A stretch of 64,000 nt of DNA from Rebecca billardiae RCC1528. Its lineage: Eukaryota > Protista > Haptophyta. Every line of letters starts with the position of its first letter. The first letter of the stretch is position 1. The stretch is from contig OZ251222.1 of the NCBI GenBank assembly GCA_965240325.2, positions 3,100,001 through 3,164,000 on the forward strand, read 5' to 3'. Below, in pieces: positions 21,259-32,600 of the stretch. A model generated the notes under the pieces. That model was not told the DNA's origin and did no database searches. It saw nothing but the letters and a program-made list of their open reading frames with translations. The translations under genes were made by a program, and so were the position numbers.

Positions 21259-21694
21259 ATCTGCTTCATCGCCCAGAGCGCGCTAGGCGGCGCGCTCACT
21301 CTCCAAGCCCCTCTTCTGCAGCTGCGCGCCGCTTGGCCGGCGCGCGGCGACGCGACGTACTACGACCTCATCCTCATCCAGGCGCCCATGCGGGCGCACG
21401 GGGGCGACAGCCGCGGCTGCCGCTTGCCGGAGCTGCTCGCCGCTAGGTCGGCGGGCGGCGACATCGACTACGACCTCACCCTCATCCAAGTGCTCCGGAA
21501 GGCGCTCGGCCGCGGCGGCATCTGCCGTCGCCGCCGCGTGCCCCAGGCCGAGGAGGTGCTCCATCCCGGCCCCGCTCCCGTAGGGGGGCAGGGCTGCGGG
21601 TGGCGCACTGTCTGACCTGGACGGAAGGCGCGGACGCATTCTATGTGTCTGTTGCACTCTGAGCCTGACGCTTGTCCGATGCTGCCACGCCGTT
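21259..21694 (+). mobile_element. Dispersed element flanked by (TA)n tracts (5'-truncated copy)
   Basis: Near-identical to 6171-6603 with the same 3' end (…GATGCTGCCACGYCGTT then a TA tract). Confidence 0.75.
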
Positions 21695-21728
21695 AATATA
21701 TGTATGTATGTATGTATATATATATATC

Positions 21729-21786
<58 letters not shown>

Positions 21787-21975
21787 CGTGTTATTTAGTC
21801 CGCACCTGCAGCAGTTGTGGCGAGTTGGTCGACGCTTGGCATCGGAGTCATCAGTCTGACAATAGCTTAGCAGAGCTCTGCTGTGCCGGTCAGTAGCTAC
21901 GGGCTGCTACGGCGGCGACCGACCGTTCGTCTCCGAAGACCGAACTCTCCCCGACACCGTGTACGAAGCAATCCT

Positions 21976-22545
21976 TCACGGATTCTTCTTCACAGCCTCG
22001 TGGAAAAGCATCTCTGCAGGCTCTTTGGAGTACCAAAGCTTTCGATTGTCGCTCATGCCGTAGTACTTGGGCCCGTCGACTGTGTTGACGTGCCGATCGA
22101 GCACGGCTGGCTCACTGCAGCCCTCGCCGATGGCGCCAAAGTTCACCATCTTTGGGTGGATCTCGAAGCCCAGCTGGTCTTCGAGATCCTTCCAAGTGAC
22201 GTTGAACTGACCAGGCAGCACTTTGTGGCCCTTACGGCCTGTGCGCATCGGGTCCTGTGCAACCTCAGTCAGCTTGGCGTGCTCCTCAGAGGACATGTGC
22301 GCCTTCTTCACGGAGTACGTTGCCGACGTGCTCACCGGCGCATCGGTCGTGAATTTCTTCGGAGGATCCGGCCTTGGATCGCATGCACGCGGCACGCGAA
22401 GGTTCACGGAGAAGGTCTCGATGCAGTCCTTCTCGTACAAGGAGTCCATGAGCCCCATCGCGCCGGCGATCTCCTTGACGATGCAATGGTAGCTCGCGTA
22501 ACGACGTCCCCCGAGGAGCAGCGGAGCGGCTGAAACGATTTTCAT
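21976..22545 (-). CDS. Hypothetical protein (189 aa)
   Basis: Balanced amino-acid composition, GC3-rich codons and the same GGCGCC-ATG start context as the TRP gene. No domain recognised. Confidence 0.6.
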   Translation of the reverse strand: MKIVSAAPLLLGGRRYASYHCIVKEIAGAMGLMDSLYEKDCIETFSVNLRVPRACDPRPDPPKKFTTDAPVSTSATYSVKKAHMSSEEHAKLTEVAQDPMRTGRKGHKVLPGQFNVTWKDLEDQLGFEIHPKMVNFGAIGEGCSEPAVLDRHVNTVDGPKYYGMSDNRKLWYSKEPAEMLFHEAVKKNP

Positions 22546-22798
22546 GGCGCCGCCAAGGGCCGTGCCGCGTTCGCTCCGGGGACGTTCCGATTTTTATTCG
22601 CTCACGAACGACGACGGCGTCCAGCCAGGCGATGGTGCTACCAAGGGCCTGCTACTTGCTAGATACTGATATTGAGTCGTCAGTCGTCACCGGCTGCTGC
22701 CAGTCTGGCTGACAGAACTCGTATCATCGTGCCACTGGTGAGTCGCCGTCTCGCCGGTCCGACTCCGCCCGATGATCAAGCAGAGTCATCAAAGTAGC

Positions 22799-25427
22799 CT
22801 AGGCTGCGACCTGGCCCTGAGCTGCGGCAGCGTCGAGGTGTGCCGCTGATTGCTCCAGTCGGGTCCCACTGATGCCAAGCGTGGCGGTCCACGCGATGAA
22901 GGAATGCGACTCCGTCTTGGACACGAGCACGTCCACGGTGCCCCGCGCCGACTTCATGGCAGCGCAGACGAGTTGATGCGCGCGCGCCACGGGCTTGTCG
23001 GCATCGCTCGGCAGGCCGCCGTCCGTGCCAGCTGCATCGCTCGGCGCGCCGGCGTTCGTGGGCATCTGCGCCACGAGGGCAAAGCAGCCGACGCTCACGT
23101 CCGCCCCGCGCAGCTGCGCCGCGGTGTCGGGCGTGAACTCGTCGAAGCGCACGTGCTGCCGCTTCTGGTGCAGCAGCACAAGGTCGCCCACATCCGCGGT
23201 CACAATCTGGCGGCGCATCAGGCCCTGGCCCACCAGCATCGAGAGCCCCTCCTGGCACAGCCGGAACGAGCACGAGATGTGCTTGTGCGAGGTCCACTCG
23301 AGCAGGCGCACGCCCGTGTGTATGACGAGCATCTTGGCACGCACGTCGCTCTCGAGAAGGTGCCGCACCTCGCGCTGCGCAAGCGCGGCAGGTCGCGCGC
23401 GCGGTCGCACGCGGCGGCGCGATATGAGCCAGAGTCGACGCGAAGCTGCGCGCCTGGGGAGGCGATGGGCGCCGCGCGCACGGCGGTAAGGGGGCGCGCC
23501 GCTCACCGCGATGTAGTAGATGCTTCTACTCGTCTCAGAGCGTGCGACGAGCAGCTCGAGCGGCAGCCGCTCCGTGTCGAACCCGTAGAAGCTCGCGATC
23601 TGCTCGACGAGATCGTGCTGCAGGTCGAAGAGCTTGTCGTACGCACCCGCCACCTCGCCCGTGCCGTGCAGCACGCCGCGCACGCGCGAGACGGCCGTGG
23701 CCGCGGCGGGCGCGGCGCACGCGGGCGCGGCGGCGGGCGCCGCGCTCGGCGCCGCGCCCGGGCGGGCGCTCGTGCGCGCCGCGGCCGCGACGTCGCCCTC
23801 GGCGGCGGCGGCCGTGCCCGCGGCGCCGTCGCCTCGCTCAGTGGCCGGCCGCTCCGCTGCGGCCGCCGGCGCGCCCTCTGCCGCGCCGTCCGAGGGCAGT
23901 GGCGCGAGCTTCTCGAAGAGCGCGACGAAGAAGCCGCCCGTGTTCTGGTGGTGCGGCATCACGCGCAGGCACTTGTCCAGCCCGAGCTGCGCCACCTCCG
24001 CAGCGGGCGGCGGGAACATCGTGCGCGCAATGTGCGAGCTCCTGGCGTGCGCGGCGCGCGCCTCTGCAGGCAGCTCCTCCCAGCTCGAGTGCCACACGCC
24101 GCCCCAGCGCACGCGCCACGAGGTGACGCCGGGCGCGCGGCGGAGCGCAGGCACGCTCGGCGCCGCGTCCACCAGCCTGAGCGCGCCCTGGCTCTGCCGC
24201 AGCAGCGCGCACACGATCGCCTCGTTCTCGATCGGGTTCATCGAGCAGGTCGAGTAGACGAGCCGGCCGCCGACCGTGAGCAGCTGCGCGCCGCGCGTCG
24301 CGATCAGCAGCTGCAGCCGGTGCACGCCCAGGGCGAACTTGTCGGCCCAGCGCTTCCACAGGTCGGGCGACTTGCGCAGCGTGCCGTCGCCCGAGCACGG
24401 CACGTCACACAGCACGCGGTCGAACTCCAGCCGCATCCCGCCCAGGTTGGACGGGAACGACTGCGCCTCGTGGTTGGTGATGAGCACGCGCGGCGAGGCG
24501 AGCCTCTTCGTCTGGTGCGTGAGCAGCCGACAGCGCGACATCTCCGAGTCGTTGGCCACGACGAAGCCCGTGGGCAGCTGCGCTGGGTCCGCGTCGAGCT
24601 GCTCGATCAGCTGCAGCGTCTTCGAGCCCGGCGCGGCGCACATGTCGAGCACGCGGTGGTGCGGCTGCACGCCGAGCACGAGCGGCGGAATCATCGAGAC
24701 GACTTCCTGACGGCTGACCGCGCCCAGCTCCTGCTCGCGCATGAGGAACTGGTGGAAGCCCTGCATCGCCGGGTCGCGCGGCGGCGGCTCAGCCGGGCGC
24801 TCCCCACCCGGCAACGACTTGCCCTTCCCGCGCAGCTCGGCGCGCGACACGTCGAACGACCACGCGAGCTCGTGCGGATAGAACGGCACAGGCGTGGGGC
24901 AACGCCCGTCCGACTCCGACATCGCGCGGAGGTGGAGGCGCTTCATGTAGTCGCGCAGCGCGAGGACGGATGGGTCGGACGCGCAGCCGGTGAAGCGGAA
25001 GGACACTGGCAGGGGGGAGCGCAGCGTCGACATCAGCGCGTCCCACTCCTCGTCTGGCACAATCTCCTGGCCCTGCTCGCGCACGGACGCGCGCGCGGAG
25101 GAGAAAGCGCAGCTGGGGCGAGCAGGTGAGCCGGCGGGAGGGGCCGAATGCTTGCGCGGGAGGTGGGGATGTCCCCGCCGATTGCCATCACGCCCAGCCG
25201 CCGCGCGTCACGCGCGCGCATGTGTGTGTGCTGCCTGCCGGACGCACCTTGTAGTACGAGCTGAAGTGCAGATTCTCGACCAGTCGTGCGTCGGACCACG
25301 GCCGCTCGTCGTCGTCCTGCCGAGCGGTCTTCGGCACGGTCTTCGGCGCGGCGGACTCGTCTGCAGGAGCACCCGCTTCCGTCGCCGGCCGCTGGCGCTT
25401 CCCCCTGAAGCCCTTGCGCTTCCCCAT
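22799..25427 (-). CDS. NSUN2: tRNA (cytosine-C5)-methyltransferase NSUN2/Trm4
   Basis: Exons 25427-25248, 25072-23507, 23374-22799. Motifs YYKGQEIVP, RQEVVSMIPP, VLDMCAAPGSKT, FDRVLCDVPCSGDGT, YSTCSMNPIENE, PHHQNTGGFF. Confidence 0.95.
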
Positions 25428-25526
25428 GCCGGGCACGCGAGGCCGTCCACGGGCGAGCGATGGAGCTCGGGGGCCGGAGCGGCGCGTCGCCGCACGACGG
25501 TCGGCACTCGGCAGCCATCGTTCGAG

Positions 25527-26146
25527 ATGTCGAGCGGCTTCTTCCGAGGCACCTCGGTGGACCAGGATGCGCGCTTCGGCGACAAGGAGCGCAAGCAGCT
25601 GAAGCGCATGCGCTTCCCCGACCACTTCGCGACGAAGGTCGACATGAAACGCGTGCAGCTCGAGGCGATCGAGCCGTGGGTCAACAGCAAGGTGAGCGAG
25701 CTGTTGGGCATCGAGGACGACATCCTGGTGCAGTACGTCATGTCGCAGCTGGGTGAGGCGCACGTCGACCCGAAGGTGATGCAGCTCAATCTGACGGGCT
25801 TCCTCGAGTCGCATGCGCCCGATTTCATGAGCGAGCTCTGGCAGCTGCTCGTCTCAGCGCAGGATGCCGTCGGCGGCATCCCGCCGCAGTTTGTCGAGCG
25901 CAAGAAGGAGGAGATGCGGCAGAAGCGGCTCGAGCAGGAGCGGCTCGAGGCCGAGCTCCTCGCGCGGAAGCAGGCCGCGGAGCAGCAAGCCCTCGCCGAG
26001 CGCGCCAAGCTCGAGGCTGCGCACGCCGATATGAGCGGCCGCAAGGCGGCGCTCGAGGCGAAGATTGCGGCGCGCGCGGCCGGCGGGCAGGCGCTGCCAC
26101 CCGCGCCGCTGCCGGCTGTGTCGTCAAGCGCACCGGGCATCTCGGT

Positions 26147-26179
<33 letters not shown>

Positions 26180-26933
26180 TCCGAATCAGCCGCCGCCGCC
26201 GCCGCCGCCGCCACCCCCGCCCGGGGCCGCGCCCTCGGGCTCCGCCCACCAGCCGGGCGCTGTGGCCGCTGCCGCGCTGCTCGCGGAAGCCCTGCGTGCG
26301 ACCAGCGCACCGGAGAAGCCCGTGGCTGCGGCAGAGACACGGCGCGCCTCGCGCTCGCGCTCTCGCTCGCCATCGCCCCAACGCCGCCGTCCGAACTCGC
26401 GCTCGCGCTCACCCGATCGGCGGGCACCGCGCGGGCCCAGAGCGGCCGGGCGATCTGCGCGCTCGCGCTCGCGGTCTCGCTCGCGATCGGCTGGCAGAAG
26501 GCGAGGGCGCTCCGACCGCCGCCGCTCGCGCTCGCGCTCGCGCTCGCCATATGGCGATCGACGCGGCGCGCGCGCGCGCGACGAGTGGGCGCGTCGGCAC
26601 CGTCCCCGAAGCCGCTCGAGGTCCAGGTCCCGCTCGCCTCGGCGGCGCGGACACAACGCGCGCAGACCGCCGGGCTCCCCGCCAATGCGACGGCCGAGGT
26701 CGCCACCTCGTGGGGGGCGCTCTGGCCGCAGCGCGCCATCGCCACCCCGCGGTGGCCGCTCTGGGCGCAGCCCGCCGCGATCGCCAAGGGCGAGGTCGAC
26801 ACCCGATGCGGGCAAGGCCGCCGCGCGGGAGGATGACACCGAACGGCGGCTGCGAGAGCGCGCGCTGCAAGCTGCGGGCGCGCACACGACCGCCTCGGAA
26901 AGTGCCGCTGCCGGCGCCCCTGAGTCCGCCTGA
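25527..26933 (+). CDS. SRRM1: SRRM1/SRm160-like PWI-domain splicing factor
   Basis: MSSGFFRGTSVDQDARFGDKE..., PWV, LGIEDD, QLNLTGFL and ELWQLLVSAQ (PWI domain), followed by polyproline and RS repeats. Confidence 0.93.
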
Positions 26934-26952
26934 TGGCTCCAGCCACAGTCAG

Positions 26953-27865
26953 GGACGTCCACTGACCCTATGGGGGGGGTGCATTTAGACGAACCCCTGG
27001 GAGCCAGGGAGCGATGAGGGTACCAATCGAAAGATCTCCGGGGCGGCGGACGAAGCCGCAGGTTCAAAACCGAAGCCGCAGACGATTTCGTATATGTTTC
27101 TCTGTCCTTGAACGCGTCGTCACAGCCGAACACGGAGGACTCCATCGTGCTGAACTTTTTTTTGGGCTCCCGGACCGGTCTCTCGCACGATGGAGCTCCG
27201 CCGAGCGGGCGAGGAGACGAGACGCCTTGGAGGCCTTGATCCGGGCGCATCCGCTGGTTGGCCGCGGCACCCTGTCGCGCTCGCGCCCCGGGTGCACCTT
27301 CGTGCACTGAGAGTCACCGATGGGCGAGAAGCTGCTCGTCGACTCGAGCAAGCTGCGTGCGGTCCGCGTCGAGCTGCTCGCGCCGGCGGCCACACCTCGC
27401 GGCGGTGCGGGCGTGCGCATGAGCTTGTCGGCTTCTAGCTGCTCGCGCCCCGGGCCGCGCCGTCAGCTCGTGGTGCCACGGGTATGCGCACGAGCTCGTG
27501 CTTGGCTGCAGCTCCTCAGAGGACTGCCACAGCTGGCTGGCTCAGAGCTTGTTCGCGAGTGCTGAGGTGCGGCGTGGCCTGCGCGGTGCGCCGCAGCGGT
27601 CAATGCGTTGCTCGATCCTGCACTGCGCTACGTCTTGACTCGCGAGGGAGGCGCCGATATCGGGGCTGTGTGTAATGCGTCATGGCCGCCCGGCGCAGAG
27701 CCGACGCCGCACGACGCAGCCCTCAGCCAACACCAGCGAACACGGTCTGCTATGCGAATTCTGGCGAGTTGGGGCCTTATTGAGGCGTATTTGGTCCTTC
27801 GATCGGCTGGGGGGAGCCCCCCCCAGACCCCCCCAAATGGTTAAATGCACCCCTGCTGGACGTCC
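26953..27865. mobile_element. Possible hAT-like non-autonomous element (~0.9 kb)
   Basis: Inverted GGGGTGCATTTA (26976-26987) / TAAATGCACCCC(TG) (27842-27855). The 8-mer GGACGTCC lies outside both ends (26953-26960, 27858-27865). Subterminal G/C hairpin at ~27807-27826. Left end disrupted. Confidence 0.4.
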
Positions 27866-28075
27866 CGGACAGTGACCAGAGCCTGATCGGCCTGTGACTC
27901 CTGCGCCTGAGACTGAGTCCTGAGCCTGATGAGGGCGTGAGGGCGCCTCGTGTGCCACATCCGTGGGCGCGCGTGATGATCGGGCATCGGCGGCGCCATC
28001 CGAGTGATCGATGCGGGCGCGCCGCCGGCGCCCGGGCCGCGCCGCCGCCGGGAGCCTAGAAATTTAATTAATTTA

Positions 28076-28078
<3 letters not shown>

Positions 28079-28124
<46 letters not shown>
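28079..28124. repeat. (TA)n microsatellite
   Basis: Direct reading. Confidence 0.95.
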
Positions 28125-28128
<4 letters not shown>

Positions 28129-29622
28129 CAACGAACGACAGCGGGCGCTGGCAGCGGCGTGGCGGTTGAGCTGCTGCCCGAGGTCGAGAGGGCGCCCGCG
28201 ACGTCAGTCACTGAGCAAGGTCGATTAAGGCTGATGGCTCGCTGACACTGCAGTGCTTCCATATCGGCCGCCAGAGGCCGAGGGTGGGCGGGCGGGCAAA
28301 CGATGAAGCGTGCGGGTTGACGCGACAGCGGCGAGAGCAAAAGACCACATTGCATGAGGGGCGACGCGGCGAAGACAGTAGATGATGTCGTCGCGCCGCC
28401 GAACGATCAGGCGGGGAGCCGGGCCACACAGACAGCCAGCGACCTTACCGAGCAGAGGGGCTGCGGCGACTGCGGTGCACCGGCCTCCTGCAGCTGAGAG
28501 TGCACCCGGCAGTGCTCGATGCAGGCGATTCCCTTGCCCAGCTCGGCGCCTTCGTCGTGAGCAGCCCCATGGCGCCCCCGCGAGAGCGAAGCCTGATCGA
28601 TCCGATGTGAGCGGTAACCAACCGAGTCCTGCAGGTGCGCCGCTGTGGGCCAGATTGGCAGCGCACCAGGACTCCTGCGCGCGGCGGTGCGCGCGGGACA
28701 ATGCAGGAATGCCGTGCGAGCCGGATTCTTGGCGTCGCTCATAGACACTCAGTTATAGGTTTCCTATAACGCCACATATAGTATTATGATAAACGACGAC
28801 TAATACTAATGCGCCATCAATTTTTGGCCACGTCATGATATATAGATTCATGATGCCGTCGGCCCATCAATTATAGATCAGTGCCATGCCGCGCGCGATG
28901 CGTCGTGACACTGACTGATGATGTCGATGGTAACGCGGAGTGATTCGTCACGGACCGTCGCGTGTCTGTGAAGTCACTAGCGCGGGCTTATATACTGATG
29001 CTGATGATTAGTCGCGCGGTTATTGTCGATCTCGTCGCGGCCGCGACTCGCGAGAGGCCTTGCTGTCGGACGGTCAGCGTCGTCCAAGACGAACCGTGTC
29101 GGCGCGCGGGTTGCATTGACCATCACCGACACGTCGTCGTATTCCAATCCCTTCCGGCCTCTGCTGAGCAAGCATGGGCACCACAAGAAATGCGCTGGCG
29201 CTCATCACGGCACCGGGCACCGGCCACGGATCGTCTTCCGGCACGGTAACGGTTGCCAAGACTCTTATGCCCTAGGTATATACTAGTTACGAGCCGCTTA
29301 CTTACGCTGCTGGTGACCTGCCTGGTGATGCTGAGTAGTAGGTGAGTTCACCATCCGACTACCGTCCGACTTTGGACGCGCCGGCGGCGGACGATCACTC
29401 TCGTCAGAACTTACGTCTTAAGCGGGGACGTCTTGGCGCTGCTGCTCGCGCGCGCGCGGCTCGATCGGGTGCGAGCGCGCACGCCGATCCCGAGGCTCGG
29501 CGCGTCCCAGCGCCACCATCGGCGCGCCGCCGCCGTACGCCGGGGCGGCCGGGTGCGCGCCGTCCCTCTGGAGCGTGCCGTGCCGGGCGCGCCTGGTGCG
29601 CGCATGTGATTGATGGCGGGTG

Positions 29623-32600
29623 CTAATCCGAGTCGGAGTCCATGCCCTCGAGGTCGCTCAGGTTGGCCGTGTCCGAGCCCGCCACGGAGGCGATCTCGTT
29701 GCGCGAGTTGCCCACGTCCGCGCGGCGCAGGCGCTCCTCCTCCTCCTCCTTCTGCTTGCGCTCCGCCGCCTCCTTCGCCTCGCGCGCCGCCCTCTCGCGC
29801 GCGAGCTTCTCCTCGTTGACCTTCTTGTCGATGCCGTGCACAACCTTGACGATGTCCGACACCTTGGCGTCCATCGCGACGACCTCCTCCTTGAGCGCGG
29901 AGGTCTTGTCCGCGATCTCGCGCTGCGAGGGCAAGGGCGCGCGGGGCGCGCGTGAGCGCGCGCGCGCGCGCGGCGCTGCCTGCCGCGCGCCGCGCGCACC
30001 TTGATGATGGTGAGCTGGCCGGCCCACTCGCGGCCGGCCACCTCCTCGTTGTCCTCCGTGCCCACGCGCAGCACGTGCGTCCACGCGAGCGTGCGCTCGC
30101 GGCGGAGGCGGAGCAGAGGGCCCATCGTGTTGTAGTACTCTGCGGGGCGCAGGGTGCGCGCGCGCGCGCGCGCGTGAGCGCCATCGGCACGGGCCGAGCG
30201 ACCGTCGGCCCAGTTTCGCGCGCGGTCGGTGCGCGCGCCGCGCCACGCACCGACGATGCAGGTGGCGTACAGCCGCAGCGTCTGCTCGGCGCGCTGCTCC
30301 TGCACGTGTGCGTACGAGTCGCCGAGCAGCGCGATGAGCGCGTTGAGCGCGACGACGCCGACGATGAGCATGAAGCCCACGAAGAGGACCCTACGCGTGG
30401 GCAGCGCGGCGCAGCGCCGCGAGGGCGGCGGCGGCTCAGCCACGGCGCGGCGCGCGTGGACGCGCGCGCGCGCCGCGGCTGCGCGCGTATTCGCAGCTGC
30501 GCTCATCACCTGAAGATGTCGGGGTTGATCGACGCCTCGAACTGGTCCGTGTCAAAGTCGCCGAAGATGCCCATGTTGAACGTGACGAGCAGCGCCTCCT
30601 TGAACGAGCCGAAGCCCTCCGGCTGCTTCTCGAGCGCGGCCGCCAGCTCGGACGCGACGGCGCCGGTGTCCATGGCCGTGGCGGCGGCCGCGCCCGCCGC
30701 GGTGTCGGCAGCGCCCGCGGCCGCGTCGGCGGCGCCGTCGGCGCCAACCTCGGCGAGGCGGCGCGCTGCCGCCACCACCGCGGACTCGAAGGGGAAGAGG
30801 GTGAGGAAGGACGAGGCGAAGAAGACGATGATGGTCGAGAGCACGACGATGAAGCCGAGCATGTCGCGCAGGTTCTGGATGAGCGCCATGATGAGCCAGC
30901 CGGTGAGCTCAAAGCCGCGCAGCACCTGCACGACGCGCACGAGCAGGAAGAGACCCGAGAGCGCGAGCAGCCCGGCGACGTTGTAGTGCTTGCCCTCCTC
31001 CACCGAGTAGAGCGGCAGCGTGTCGTACATCTCGCCGAACGTCGCCCACGAGAGCGAGATCACCAGCGCGATGTCGAAGAGGTTCCACGGGTTGAAGAGG
31101 AACTCGAAGGTGCCCGAGACGAGCCCCTCGACCAGGTCGTCGTACGCCTCGATCGCGCCGTACAGCTGCAGCGCCGAGTTGACGAAGGTGATGAAGAGCG
31201 TGACGAGGATGATGCGCCCCATCGTCGCCATCGTGTGCGCCACGCTCTCCGTCTCGTCCGAGAGCAGCGCCGCCTCCGACGTCGCCGAGCGGTGCCCCTG
31301 GTGCAGGTGGATCACGAAGTACATGTACCCGACAGCGGTGGCGAGGACGAGGAGCGACTTGATCACGTGCAGCGCAAAGAAGTGGTTGGTCCACAGCGCC
31401 TTCACCGTCTTGCCGATCGCCTGGTTGTCGAAGCCGCCCTCGGGCAGGTCGCGGATCATGTAGAGAAAGTGCTTCGACGAGAGGTGCGGCAGCCCGACGC
31501 GCAGCGCCGTCACCTCCGACTTGCCCGGCCGCTCCTCGTCCGGGTCTGGCTTCTCGGGCGGCGTCGGCTCGATCGGCTCGTTCTCCCACACCCAGTCCTC
31601 GACGTAGTCGCGGGAGCCGCGCATGAAGGGCGGGAGCGTCACGCCGCCGACCGTCCGGTCGGGCAGGTGCTCCGACGTCTTGTCCGCGCACCAGTGGAAC
31701 GCGGAGAAGACGTAGTACACGAGCATCTGCAGCAGGTAGGAGAGCGTCGCCAGCCGCACGTTCTCCTTCCACCAGAGCACAAAGCTCTCCCACCGCTCGA
31801 TCAGCCACTCGAACGCCTCGGCGATCAGCTTGCGGATGACGAGGAGGCCGCGCATGAAGGCCACGTAGTACGGGCCGCACGAGCCCGTCCACGCGGGTGC
31901 GACCACCGTCTCGTCCGCCGCGCGCACGCTCGCCGGGTCCTCCGCGCCCACGCCGCGGTTCTTGAGCGCCTTGGCCGCGCGGTGCCGCGTCGGGTCGGGG
32001 TCGTACTCGAGCCAGACGAGCGAGCCCTCGCCGCCCCACGTGGGGTACATGATCATCGTCTCGTCGCGCGTGAGCGGCCGGCCGTTCTTGTCCACCGCGT
32101 ACCCGATCGACGCGTTCGACATCTCGAGCTCGAGCTCGCTGAAGAAGTCGCTCACCGTGTTGACCATGCCGGCCGAGACGAGGTAGGGCAGCACGCGCTT
32201 GGCGACGGTGGCGCGCAGCAGCACGGGCGCGCGCGCCGAGGCGTGCAGCAGCGACTTGAGCACGTGGTGCGCGCGCACGCGCGCCGCGATGTTGAACGAC
32301 GGCAGCATCGGCGTGCCGCGCCGGCCGAGCCGCGAGATCATGTGCGGCACGAGTGGCAGCGCGGGCGCGTGCTTGAGCACCTCCTCGCACGCGGCGCGCT
32401 CGCGCTGCGAAACAAGCACGTCGAGCATGCGGCACTTGGAGTTGGGGTCGTCGAGGCCGGCCTCGCGCAGCTTGGACGCGACGTCGTCCTTGAGCCACTG
32501 CCCGCTCTCCTTGACCGGCGCGCGGTTCGCGCGCAGCGCGGCTCGCGCGCCCGCCGAGCCGCGCCGGTCCGACTGCGCGGGCGTCGGCTGAGAGGCGTGG

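Noticed and set aside
22850-25129. Long antisense/alternate-frame ORFs (759 aa here; 1052 aa at 30986-34144; 872 aa at 30909-33527)
   Set aside because: Shadow ORFs from extreme GC3 bias overlapping recognisable genes; Arg/Ala-rich with no motifs.
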